The notes under the pieces: model-generated
Seen by the model: the letters and a program-made list of their open reading frames with translations, nothing else
Told to the model about the DNA's origin: nothing
Database searches by the model: none
Part shown: positions 1 through 12,540 of the stretch, in pieces
How the letters are laid out: each line of letters starts with the position of its first letter
How positions within the stretch are numbered: the stretch's first letter is position 1
Translations under genes and position numbers: made by a program
Assembly: GCA_030704615.1 (NCBI GenBank)
Contig: CM060732.1
Coordinates: 56,792,001-56,856,000, forward strand
Source: Takakia lepidozioides
Taxonomy: Eukaryota > Plantae > Bryophyta
Length of the DNA: 64,000 bases
Direction of reading: 5' to 3'

Positions 1-1319
1 TGATGTGGATAGTGAGGGAGGGGAGTGGACGTGTTGGTGCTGCCGACGAGATGGGGAGCCCTTGGACAAGAAGAATATCTAGATATAATCTTGCCATACA
101 TAATGGGATGTTTACAGTGGAGAAGAAGATGGGGCCATGTGTCCACTCGAGGGGGTTGGGAATAACATATAGGATATAATAGAGGCCAAAATAAATTACG
201 CCGTTGATGGCCCATGTATTGTCCGTATCGAAATCGGAGCGTTTGTTTAATTTGGGCATCAGTGATTATTGGAGATTTGCAGAAGTGATTAGACATATGG
301 TGGAGTAGCTGAGGTGGCGTAACCCATTTGGATATGTAGGGTTTTAGATAGGTGGGCGATGCACGGATTTGATCCATAGTTTCTTTTGTCATATATGCAT
401 GCAGGTCCCAAATGGGGGCTATGTCCGGGAATCTAGCTTTAGTGGTTGTCAGCCAGAATGGATATGTGTGTGCCAGGTGAATAGGGTCAGTCGTGGGGTA
501 AGTAGAAGGTTGGATGGTTCCAAGTTGGGCAAGTTCGTCTGCTATCTCATTACCCGTGATACCTATATGGGATCTAACTTTGTGGAGATGAATTTGTATT
601 GGAGATGAGTGTACAATGCCTATGATGGCCTTAATGAGGTGAAGGTCATGGTGATGAATTTGAGAGGAGGGTTTAAGGTTTTGGTTAGAGAGGAGATACA
701 AAGAGACTAAGCTATCCGTAAAGAGGTAGTAGCTGGTCGAACCAAGATGACATGGTAGTGCTTTCAACGCATCATGTATAGCCATGAGTTCTGCACGTAA
801 AATATTTTGACGACCTGGAAGACGGTTGTATGTTCTTAAATTGTTATCGGGAGAGTATGTACCATACCCTGCATGTGCATCTTTTAGGGAGCCATCTGTA
901 TATATACATTGGTGAGGAGGGAATTTTAAAGGGGCTAAGTTTGTAAAGTCCGGTATTTGTCCGAATGGGTGTTGTTGTTGGGCTGACCAAGGTGGTCGTG
1001 GGGTGGCCATATTCCATGGTTTGTCTTGGTTGATGCGAGGGTAGATGTGGGGCACTTGTTGCGGTTCATAGACTATGGCAGTAGGGCCAAACAACTGGTT
1101 TAGTATTTGCTATAATTGTGAAAAGAAAGTACATGGTATTTGTGGACTGTCTGAGTGGTGTACATAGACTAGTTTAGTTAGGGTTGGCTCTAGATATTTC
1201 ATATACTTTGGTAATGGTGGGGTTGATTCATAGATGATCGCACGTGGGTCAAATATAGCAAATGTGAACATTTCGGGGGGACTAGCCAGCATAGGGTGAT
1301 CAGTGTTATTGTGATTATT

Positions 1320-1595
1320 GTGCGGGATGTACAATACGATAAAGGCTTTTGCGGATATATGGGCAGCTATTCTTGCCCAATGGATTGCTTCGGTAGCTGT
1401 ACTATAGTCCGAGGGGTGCGCAAATCCCCTACCTTGCCAATGATGAGATCTGGCCAAGCCTAGAGAGCCGAAACACTGGTCTGCGTTATACAAGCTGGAG
1501 TAACTCTTCATCCCCATGGGGCATGTGAGAGGGTTAGAGTAGTATGAGTGAGTGAGTTTAAGTTCTGTTGTAAGAAAGTCTAGGAGGGCCATGGG
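1320..1595 (-). other. PCIF1/CAPAM-like N6-adenine methyltransferase-like domain in Dualen copy A
   Basis: LPMALLDFL..LTHSYYSNPLTC..YSS..DQCFGSLG..QGRGFAHP..FIVLYIP follows the recalled PCIF1 pattern LP..F..L..ECFASPLNC..YCS..D..FGSRG..GSFEANPPF..FIVFIP. The NPPF motif is degenerate. Confidence 0.6.
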
Positions 1596-2041
1596 TAAGG
1601 TTGAATGGGAACGTGCGAGAGAGAGCTTGTTGGTTGTGGTTTGACACTTGGGGGGCAAATCTTGAGCATAGCGCTGGAGGAGTGTGGAAACTTTTGCCTC
1701 AAATGTTGGCGGGATCTGGGGTTGCAATCTAGGTAGGGGGGTTTAAATGAGACATATTCCATAGCCAGTTCAATCTAGCAAGTGATATGCTTCCAATGTA
1801 GCAGCCTAGTGGTCCATATATGTAGGCAAGGCCAGCGTGGGTCTGGATCTTTGGGTGGGTGCAGAGAATATCGATGTCTGGGTTGCACTTGTCTAAAGAA
1901 ATATTTAGGTTGGATACATTTCTTGGTGGGCTAATGAAACGTTTGTCAGAAGTTCGCTAAATAGTTAATGTTGGTTCTGCGGTAGTAATCAGCTATCATT
2001 TGGATATTGTGTTGCAATTGTTGTATTGATGGGCGATCAAA

Positions 2042-2182
2042 GAGGGTGTCATTATGTTCCCAAGTGGCTTTCTTGTCGGGGTCACATTTCCATTTACACA
2101 GGTACATAGTATCAGCGCACGAGGCTCCATATTGGTCTACTCGCATTTTTTTAACTATACCTTGTATTTCTTCAAGCTCATA
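2042..2182 (-). other. Chromodomain-like segment in Dualen copy A
   Basis: YELEEIQGIVKKMR...YLCKWKCDPDKKATWEHNDTL matches chromodomain consensus YEVE.I...R...YLVKWKG.....TWE...L. Confidence 0.65.
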
Positions 2183-5139
2183 GTGGGGTTCCAGTAGGGT
2201 TTGTACTGATTGGGTTGTGTCAGGTTGTTGTGGATCCGTTGTGTGGGCAGATATGGATTGAGCGGCTCTTGGATGAGATATGGGGGCGACAAACAGTCTA
2301 GCGAGTGGGGGGCGTATAGGTTGGGAGCAGTACTGAGGTAGAAGCTCCCATGGATGATGGGGCGAAGTCGCACAGTTTATGGGGCAATTATTTTGGCAGG
2401 TGGTTGCGGGGGGTAGCAAAAAATGGTTTGTAGGTGACCTAAGTGGATATGTTGGGAACGCATTAATGGTCTAGGGTATTTTAGGCGAAAAGCGTGTGGG
2501 TTGATAAGCTTGGTTCCAGTTGCATTTGTTAATCGCAAAATTGTAGATATATTGTACTGCATAAAGAGTTTTAGGGTGGTTTGTTTGTGGGGTCTACTAT
2601 TTGGGTCAAAGAGGCATTGTTGTGGACTTGTATCCCATGCTATTTCTAGGGGTGAAGTGTGAAGTTGAATATTAGGTAGCGATGTGTTAATAGTAATATG
2701 CATGTGTTTGAGGATGTACAAGGTTCTGAGGAGCGGCGAGTGGGTACAGGCAATGGGGTTTATCGCAGGTAAGTGATCTAGACCTCCAAATTTAGAGGCA
2801 ACATGTTGAAGAAGTCCTTGATAAATGCTTCCAAGCTTGCCAGGGTCATTTAAAGCTTCTTGTAGTCGTGTGCCCAGTGTTCTAGCATATGCTTCAGCTA
2901 GGGTTGTAGTTCCAAGGCCATATAGGTTTTGAGGTAGTTGTACCAGTGCGCTAGGGGCGTTGTTTGGAAGACCACACACTTTTTTTGATAATCGTGTAAT
3001 GTGCATGTCTAACGCAATTATGTCTGGGATTGAGAATGGGGTTGTATGGAACGAGTATTCTATAGACGGCCTGATTACGGTACGGATGATAAACAATTTT
3101 TGGCGAATGGTGGCTGGTGAGTTTAGCAAGGCTGTAGCTTGTGATATAAGTTTGTTTCTGGTAGAAGTTCTCTGAGTTTCCCAATTTAGCGATGGCGTCA
3201 TTTGTATACCAAGATACGTGTATGGGTTGTCCTGGTCTAGATATGGAAATGGGTGGTTATTATAGAGCACAATGCAATGTAGTATTCTTGATATAGTCGA
3301 TGTATCATGTTTAATATGGTGAGCAATTCCCGTTATTGCGTATTTATGTATGCTTAGTTCCATTGCCGCCCATGTATTGAATCTCTCCAATTTTCTAATT
3401 TGCCGGTTAGATGTGTGGCTTTATTAGAGAGTAAAACGAGGTCGTCTGCATAAGTAGCTGTTGGGACATTATTTGGTGAGGTAATGTATTGGTATCCGAG
3501 GTTGCCTCGGGCCAGCCATCTGAGAAGAGGCTCCAAAAATACAACAAAAAGGTATGGGCTGAGTGTGTCACCTTGTATAGTGCCTCTGTTGATTGGTATA
3601 GGTGATGTATCTCCAAATGAGGGACCCGAGTAAATGGTGGTGCTCTCTGTGTATATATTACCAACGAGCATCACTGCATCTGTCGGGTATCCGAGATCGA
3701 ACATGACAGAGAGCATGCGAGCATGGTCAATGGAGCCAAACGCATTTTTAAAGTCAATGTATAATAAGTATATATCTTGATGTGTATATCGTGCATCCTC
3801 AAGTGCAGAGGTAATGAGTGGGATTTGTCTAGTTGTACTTCTTGCAGTTCTAAATCCCTCTTGTGCGTCACTAAGGATATGGTGTTGTTCTCCATAGGAC
3901 GTGAGGGGGTTGGTTAGGGTATTGGTGAATAACTTATATATGGTATTAGCGAGGGCTATGGGTCTATACTTTTTTATAAATCAATATTGTTCTGCTATTT
4001 TTCCAAGGTTTGGGTATTCGATGTAGTTGATAGCATAGTATAAAGAATCGGAAGATTAATCGATGTAAATGTGGGTCCAATGCTTTGAGAATCTCATTAG
4101 GTATATTATCTGGTCCAAGTGCTTTAGAGTTGGATAGCGATCTAAGACATGTGTGATAGATTTCGGGGGTGAGAGATGCACTAAGGTCTATGTTTAGAGG
4201 GCCTCTTCGTTCTAATTTGAATCCATCGATGTCATGCCATGGATAATGACGAGCTTGGCATGCACAATGTTGTATATGAGAGGAGGGTTGGAAGCATGCA
4301 TGGGTTTGTGGTTGGTACATGGCTGAGGCCTGTTGGTAAATGGTTTTATTTATTGAGTTTGAGGAAGTGTGTAGGCTTCCAGCTGTATCCCGGATCGCTT
4401 GTAAAGGGAGAGAGGGGGGAGAGTTGAAGATCGATTTATGAATGACACGAGGCTTGTCTTGCAACATTTTACAATAGGATTGGAGAAATTTCTTCTGATT
4501 ATGTCGAGCTTGCTCTTTGGTAATATTATAAGCAACTTTTTTGGCATCTCGACCAATTTTGGAGATTGATTTAATCCATGTTTGAATGTCATCATCATCT
4601 TGAGGTACCGGGAAAGTTGTGTAACATGCAGGGATTGTACGGAGGGCTGTGATATGTAGGGCATTTCTCCATTGGGGGTCTCGTGGAGTGGTTGAGAGTA
4701 CTATAATAGCTTTTCGGACTGTGTGATGTGTGTTTAGTTCTTTTTGCCACTGTCTTTGCTGCAATCTAGTTAGGTATCCTCCATTTATTTTGGATCTTCC
4801 AATCGGGGGGGAGGGTGTGAGCCACTATACACGTGTCTAATTAGAGGTCGCCTCGTCCCAAATCTGAGAGATGGGGTTCAACGAGCATCGGTATAGTTTG
4901 TAGTTCCAAGATGGTTGTGGAGGATATGGATCTAAATTTAGTCTGGAAAGCCAGGATGGACAAGGGCGAGATAGGAGTAGGTATTCAAGGTCTTGTATCC
5001 AAGGAGAGGTCATTCAAGATTGGACCTATTAGTATAATATGTAATGGAATGCGGAGGAGAATTGGGTAGTAGTCAGAGTTATATATGGGGTCATATAGTA
5101 TTGTGCTGTGTAATTGTATGGGGTTGTCGTTAGGTGTTT

Positions 5140-6141
5140 TAAGCATGCAGCGCAATGGAATGCAGAACAAAATTTTTGCGGGCTTCATGGTTGATAGTGC
5201 ACAGGCAAATTTCAATGTTGTGCGGCGCGTGTTTGGTTCGGGGGATCCTAAGGTCCCAATGGAAAATAGGGAGCGCACATGCCTCTTCCATTGGAGTCAA
5301 TCTCTGGCACGTCATACAAAGCGCTGCATTCGCCCTGACCTCCAGTTGGAGCACAGAAGGCTCTGCCTCAAGTACAAAAATGCCATCTCAATGGGAGAAG
5401 CTGAGAGCACTTACCAAGCAATCCGGGCTTGGTGGTTCTCCTCTGGTGCTGCTACTGGTATCCACCTGAAGGAGTTGGAGGACTAGTTGGTTTTCTAGCA
5501 CTTCAGGTACAGACAATGGGGAGCTTTCATGACGACGGTAAGCCTCTTCAATCCCAGAAACACAAATTTCACTTTGCATCGTGCCTGTTCGTTTGGGGTT
5601 GTTGGATTGTCACTTGCAGAACCTTTTCCATTTCCTTTCGTTCCTCACATTTGCATGCAATGCCTCCTGCAGGACATGTCCTTGGAGGACTTGGCCGACA
5701 TGCCATCCTGTAATTTGGCGGAGACTGTTCACAACGCCTGGATGCAGCAGTCTACCAAAGCAGGACGTAACTTGTATGTGGCCACTGCTGATGACATGGT
5801 GCGGGCACTTACACAACAAACATATACATCAATTTTCTGATGGGACGGGGCGGAGGCAAGGGCCCTGATACGACTTTGTTGATGCTAAGGGCTGCGAGCA
5901 GGTCCGGAGACCCATCGAAGATGGCCAAAGCTCTGAATAGGTGCACTGAAGGCTCCCCTTTGCAATCCAGGGTCCCCCATTTGGAAGGCGAGGAAAGATT
6001 TGGATCATGCAAAAGGAAATTGAACACTCCTCCAGGGTCGGATGGAGATTCCCATCGGCCGGACAGGGTCAATTTCTCTGTACCAAAGGTGTCTCCGGTG
6101 CAGACTAAGTTGTGTGCCCGCCCCTTCCCAGGTGGGTCCTC
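5140..6141 (+). mobile_element. MULE/Mutator-like transposase fragment (copy 1), with one GT-AG intron 5538-5672
   Basis: FMVDSAQANFNVVRRVF...CLFHW (catalytic D and CxxH), then SCNLAETVHNAW (catalytic E region). Near-identical sequence at 48520-48823 and 63780-64000. Intron gtaagc...ctgcag. Confidence 0.75.
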
Positions 6142-8220
6142 TATATTAGTTCTCCTCATTTACCTACAGCCTACCACCTCCGATACACTTGCTCCTGCAT
6201 CTTTTAAAGTTAGCTCACAAAGGAATACTGACTTATGCTCGTATAGTCTCACTGTCACCTCACTTCCCTGCTACAGGTCATTATATTTGCTGGCTTCCAT
6301 TTCTAGCTACCTGAGTACGATGCACCTCCTAAATCTTATGCAAATTTACTGTTCACTCTGTGGCACTACACCACATCCTTACTCCAATTCCAATATAATC
6401 TCTGTACAGTGGGCCTCTCGTCCCAACCTTTAGTACTCTATCGCATGCTATCTCTCAAGTATAAATCAGTCACCACATTCTATTCCTCTTTCACAAACTA
6501 CTCATATTCGCTGGCTCTCTATGAGGCCAGTAATTTCCAACTCATGTTACTCAATTCCAAACTTTTACACAGCAGCTTACCCACTCTTTCTACATAACTT
6601 GACTTTTACACTGTTCGACGTTATCACTCCTCTACATACTGCCTCCCTGATGCATGTTACATATCATTTACTACTCAGTTTAGGACTACCACAACTGGGT
6701 GTGTCTTTCACTTACTTCTCCTTGTCCTCAGGATACCCCACCATCCCTCCCATTGGTTGTTCTTTAACTCTGCTGTTTTTTTTTATATTAAATTAATTTG
6801 CAATCTATCCCACCCCTCCTTTCTTGCAGACTGGTGGAATTCATGCCTTCCGCCAAGCACATGTATAACACTGACACTACGGGATCCTCTCCACCCACAA
6901 TGCTGCTGCGAAGAGTTACTTCTACATCTTGCTCCTACAACATCTCCCGATTATGCGTCACTCGGCACTACACAACTTGTTTGTTTTTTACATATGAAGT
7001 TGCTAGGTTGGGACTCTCAAGTCATATTCTTTGATTATAACATTTTTATCTACCCAACTGGGGTACATTCACTTCTGGCTAACACCCAGAGCAATATCCT
7101 CACACTATCTCCTCATACCTCAACACTACTCACACTTTACATTAGTCATACTCCAATACTGTTCTCAATCAAATCTTACATTCCTTGTACTTTAATACTA
7201 CTCTCCCACAAATCGTACATTGCTCATATTTTGATATTACCCTCAAACAAAATTTCCATTGCTCATATTTCTGTATTGTTTTCAAACAAATCTTATATTG
7301 CTCACAACTTATTCCCATTTTTTTTATTATTCCTCACGGACACTACTCATGTACAGTATACCAATATACCACTCAAGTATATCTATCATATATGCAACTC
7401 AGATACACTACTCGGACTTGCTACTCATACATATTTTCCCTATATATTTCTCATGCACACTAATCATGCACAACACTCAAATATACCACCCAGATATACC
7501 TCTCATGCACACCACTCAAATACACTACTTGGACATACTTTTCATTTGTACTCTCCAGCCTTGATGCTAATCCCAAACACTTTTTCCACTTCCCATACCA
7601 CATTAACATTGGCGAACAATTCTTATGCTACTTACACCTCAAGGCTACGTCTTACAAACACTTCTTACATAGTCTATACCTCCAAACTACATTACCTTGT
7701 TCAATTATCCCCACAACTATCTCCTCACCCACACAAACCCGCGCAAAAATTATTCACAAACCTCACCCAAATCTCCCGCAATCACAACCCGGCCACATGC
7801 CGCCACGACTGCACTCTCCCACAGGCCTTTTCATCCATTTCCCTGCTTAATGACACCCATCCAGTCTACTCACCTACTCACCTTGCAACCACCACATTAA
7901 TTACTACAACCCCCATGTCCCCACAACCCATAATTCATATCTGCCATTCTCACAACATATGCCCTCACAGAAACCACTCGCCATATAATTTTTTCCGGTA
8001 ACTGACCCTCCCCCTTACACACCCACGACCAGCTCAACTATTACCCACAAATTCTACCTTTGATTATATACCTCAACCACGCTCCCACACTACCCAACCC
8101 TCATATACACATATATACCGACCTCCCAACACTTATCTTATTACCCACTGCCCGCATGGCCGGTACCATCAACACCCACCCACATCTAAGCATTCTTTAC
8201 ACCACCCTCCATCCTACCAT

Positions 8221-8292
8221 AATAAATTTAAGATTGCATGCGCAACACTTATACTAATGCGTTGTGGCGACATTCATCCCAACCCAGGTCCT
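8221..8292 (+). other. 2A-like (StopGo) oligopeptide motif upstream of the APE domain
   Basis: In-frame NKFKIACATLILMRCGDIHPNPGP versus consensus GD(V/I)ExNPGP (E to H variant). Confidence 0.7.
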
Positions 8293-11200
8293 ACCACTAT
8301 TAGCGATATCATTGGCGAACTCCCCAGCGACCCCCAGGAAAGATACACGTTATATTTCCAAACGAACACCGTCTCCCTTATACTTGCGTATCAACACCTC
8401 TACGATCACTTCTTCCCCAAACAGCCAACCGCTACCCGCACACCCACGCAGCCAATCGCCATCTTCGGCCTCCCAAGCTGTCAATACCCAGCGCTCGTTA
8501 AGGCTGCTTATCAACTCAGACAATATCCAGTGCAACACCTCCTCTTCTCCCTAATCATCATCATTTCCCCACTACCCACGATATGCAACGACTACTTCGC
8601 AGTCCATACAGATGCAAATGTCCGTGCATTTTTACTTAAACTACAAAACCTACATGCACAGCCTCACCAATACTTAGCCCCCCCCACACTACCTATTTGA
8701 CCTGCTCGCATCACTCCACCTCCTACAATCCAAGCCCGGGGAAGTCCACAAAATACTCGGCGAACAGTTAGCAAGCCCCATCTTAGACTTTGACACTATC
8801 ACTAGTAAATTCCCCTTCCTATCCAAAAGCATCCTTAACGCCACTATCCAAGCTAGCTCCACTATTACTGATTATCAACCCCCACCTGCACCACCCCCAC
8901 CCGCGCTCACACCTATCCACAGCAGGGACCCAACACCCGCTGCATCTAATCACTCCCAACCCACTCCTTCTCAACACACAAACTCATTTAAAATCACTAC
9001 ATGGAATGTGTGTTCGTGGCCACCAGCATCCAAAGCCTCATACATCTTCTCACAGATTCCACGCCCCCTTACGCTGATCCCTGACATCCTACACACAATC
9101 TCAGTCACCGTTACCCAACCTATTAACCAGCACCCACTTCATTTCATATTAGCAGGTGACTCAATAGAGATATCGCCCTACTTGGCATACTTACAATGGC
9201 ACGCACAAATCCCCATCCCCACTGGACCATGAATGGGCCAAATTTACTCAATTACATAAATTCCGATATATACCCGCTGACCACCACTACTCTAGACAAG
9301 GTGGACTTAACTACTCCTCATTAAGTCTACTAGACAGTTTCTACCTTCGAATACCGAGTGAGATTCCGGATTATCTTCAGTGCCACATCCACATCGACAG
9401 CATATGTAACTCTGACCACTACCTTGTTTCAATATCCCTCCCGCCATCTCTCATTCCCTTCCGACCCACACCAGCAATACATACCCCACCACCACAATCT
9501 AGAATTCTCTCTCCACTCCCTCAACGCAACATCGCCGCTTTCCAAACCACTTCTACCCAACTGCCTCACTCCTTATACTGAAATTATCTTCCATCCTCAC
9601 TGACACAAACCTAGCACAGTACCGTGACAGAACTTGGCTCGAAGCCGAGGCCGTGCTCACATCTATAATGGAAGAAATGACCAAAAGCATCATCGCCACA
9701 TGTTCCGCCCCCTCTGAGATCCTGCAAACCACCCGTTCAAAACAAAATGGAGGCTACCTCACCCATACACAAAAACATGCATGGACCTCTCACCTTAATA
9801 CCTATCACACAATTCGACGTGCTCTCACATTCATACCCACTTCCCTCACGTCCCATCCAAGTAATAACTGGAAGTCCGACCCTCGCATTATTTGCTTAAA
9901 TACCCTGTCAACCTGTCAAGCGCTTATGCCTCCACCAGATGACCAATCCGCTATATCCAACTGGACTGTTGCTCTCTCCAAACTGGGTAGGGAAGCCAAA
10001 AAAGCTGTCTATCTTATTACCAAACAAAATGCTACTGACAACCACAAAAAAATTGTTTCCTCCTTTAATCAGTTACTACACGACCATCCTAAGAAAGCTC
10101 ACAAAGCCATCTTCAATCCTACGCTCAACCCACCCATTGATTGTCTTAAGCATCGAATGGGCCACCTCATAACAGACCCAAGAGACATCAACAATGAGAT
10201 ATGGACCCAGGCATCGTCATCGTACACGCCCACGGATGTAAATTGCTTACACCCCAACCTCCACTCTCCCACTTGCATGTGCAAAGTCAAACATTACCCA
10301 TGGCAGGATATCGACGGTTTCTCACTAGATAAACGATGTTCCCCTACAGACCGTATTTGCGACCTATTTACAATCGACCTCTACGAATCTTGCCTCAAAG
10401 CCCTCTCAAACCAAAGCCCCAGGCCCCGATCTCATACCAAACGCCATACTCCAAACACTTGATCCACAACTTCCTCACCTCATTTTTACATTTTTCCAAC
10501 TATGCTATCGGTTACAACGCATCCCACACTCCTGGAAGCACAGCCGCACCATTCTACTATTCAAAAAAGGTGATCCTACAGACCTCACTAACTACAGGCC
10601 CATAGCCCTTACAAACTATCTACAAGCTATTTACTAGCACACTCACCACAATGCTCTCAAACTATGGGGAACAACATCGCATCCTCAGTGACCCCCAAGA
10701 GGGTTTCCGAGCCACAAGAAACACAACCCGCCAAATACAATATGTTATATCCGCACTAGAAGACGCTACACTTACAAAACAAGACATATACCTCATATAC
10801 ATTGACTTTAAAAATGCATTCGGCTCCCTAAACCATGCTCGTCTACTCGCCGTCATGGTAGACCTTGGATACCCCACAGATGTTGTTCACCTTATAGGCT
10901 GAATATCTATGCGAACAGTACTACTGAGTACTTTGGTGCATACTATGGGTCCTCCCCACCCATTCCCATATTACGCGGCACTATCTAAGATGATACCTTA
11001 AGCCCCTACCTATTCATTATCTTTCTTGAACCCCTACTCAGATGGATAGTCCATAGCAAGCTCGAGTATCAATACAAAACCTCCTCCAGTGAAATCTTTG
11101 TTGCAGCATATGCCGATGACCTCGCCATCCTAGCGCACAAACCGCAACACCTAAATCGACAAGTCACCAAACTATACCGTTTCAACCAATGGTCCGGCAT

Positions 11201-11676
11201 GGAACTTAGCCTCCACAAATGTGCTATCACCGCGGCAACCCACCATGGCCGACTCACCAAAGCTGCTATCGTTCCCCACTGCAAACTTTATGTGCATTAC
11301 CAGAACAAACCCTTCCCCTTCCTAGGGCCTGATGATCCATACACCTACTTAGGCATTCAACTGGTCCCATCCCTCACCTGGCACGTCCAAAAGGATTCCA
11401 CCTCATCAAAATTAGCCAATAAAAGTCTCGCTCTCCTCAATCCCCCATCGCCATTCGACCCAAACTATCAATCATACAATCAGTACTCCAAACCCAAGTC
11501 CAATATTCTTTCCATGCTGCCCCTTTCTCCCTCCCCGACATTAAAAAACTTGATAAGAGCATTATCCAACTCACAAAACGTGTATGTGGCCTGCTTGTCA
11601 ACACCCCCAATGCCCTCACCCAACTCCCAACGAACAGTTATGGGATTGGCTCAAGCCCCTAAAAACCCAAACGTCA

Positions 11677-11775
11677 TTAGACTCATTCGGAGCCACCTGT
11701 GTCGATACATTTTATTACTGCAAATGGGTTGGCTATCCATTAGACGACAACACATGGCAAATTGAGGACGACCTC
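11677..11775 (+). other. Chromodomain-like segment in Dualen copy B
   Basis: DTFYYCKWVGYPLDDNTWQIEDDL resembles YLVKWKGY...ENTWEPEENL and is homologous to the copy A segment. Confidence 0.7.
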
Positions 11776-12277
11776 TTTGGCCCACACGACGACTGCGACC
11801 CTGAACACACTTAACCTCTTTACCACTTAACGCCTTTCATAAACGCACCAACACGAACTACCTAACTCATATCCATCACCAACACACCTCCCCTGCCCAA
11901 CCTGCAGACAACTGATATATATACATAAGCCAATAGTCGCCCCCAACGTCCGCGGCTGCACGACAAAATGCAATCCTGATAAAGACATCAACCACGATCC
12001 CCCAATGATCCATATCGGCCCTCGACGCTCCACTATCTACGCCCGATACGGCCGCTTTAATTGGTTTTATAATCCCTAATGACAGGATAACTTGGCTTGG
12101 AATAATACTCCCACTGAACCCACAAACCCACAACTCTACAACCCCCCCAACAAGACTTTGCCACCGAATTATGCTGGCTTTTAGAACCTCCTACCATAAA
12201 GATATCCCCCCCAAAAAACCTCGTACCTTTAACAAACTCTGGCCACGGCTTACGCCCATACCACTATAAATACCCCA

Positions 12278-12540
12278 GACATCCTCACACTGCTCATCAA
12301 CTCCTTCCAACTTACCCACTCCTATTACTCCAGCCCGCTCACATGCCCTATGGAACTACATTCATTTGCCAGCCCACACCACAGGGATTGCATCTTCGGC
12401 GCCACGTGTTAATGCCACTCAGCACACACTTGGCAAGGCAGGGCCTTGCCTACCCCCCCGGTACCCCCCGCATGAAGCTCTCCAATTGGCCCGCCTTGCC
12501 GCACAATCATCTCCTCATGCTGTCGCAGTTCTCATACTCA
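12278..12540 (+). other. PCIF1/CAPAM-like methyltransferase-like domain in Dualen copy B (frameshifted)
   Basis: DILTLLINSFQLTHSYYSSPLTCPMELHSFASPHHRDCIFGA...HTWQG/GLAYPP...EALQLARLAA..AVLIL, collinear with copy A. Confidence 0.55.

Larger units (their letters stand above)
1..5135 (-). mobile_element. Dualen/RandI-type non-LTR retrotransposon, copy A (decayed; 5'-truncated; runs off window start)
   Basis: Minus-strand domains in order: APE C-terminus (YNSDYYPILL, ~5070); RT (KALGPDNIPN, WKNSRTILIYKK, RGTIQGDTLSPYLF, TYADDLVLL, YTYLGI); chromodomain-like (2042-2182); MTase-like (1320-1595); RNase H (IYTDGSL..ILRAELMAI..FTDSL..KVRSHIGITGNEIAD, ~530-910); Zn-finger/RLE remnant (DTWPHLL then ARLYLDILLV, 1-180, with an internal deletion). 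Many frameshifts. Confidence 0.85.

Noticed and set aside
6757-8001. 414-aa host protein gene
   Set aside because: Low-complexity, G-poor sequence with internal near-repeats inside the Dualen 5' region; no domain.
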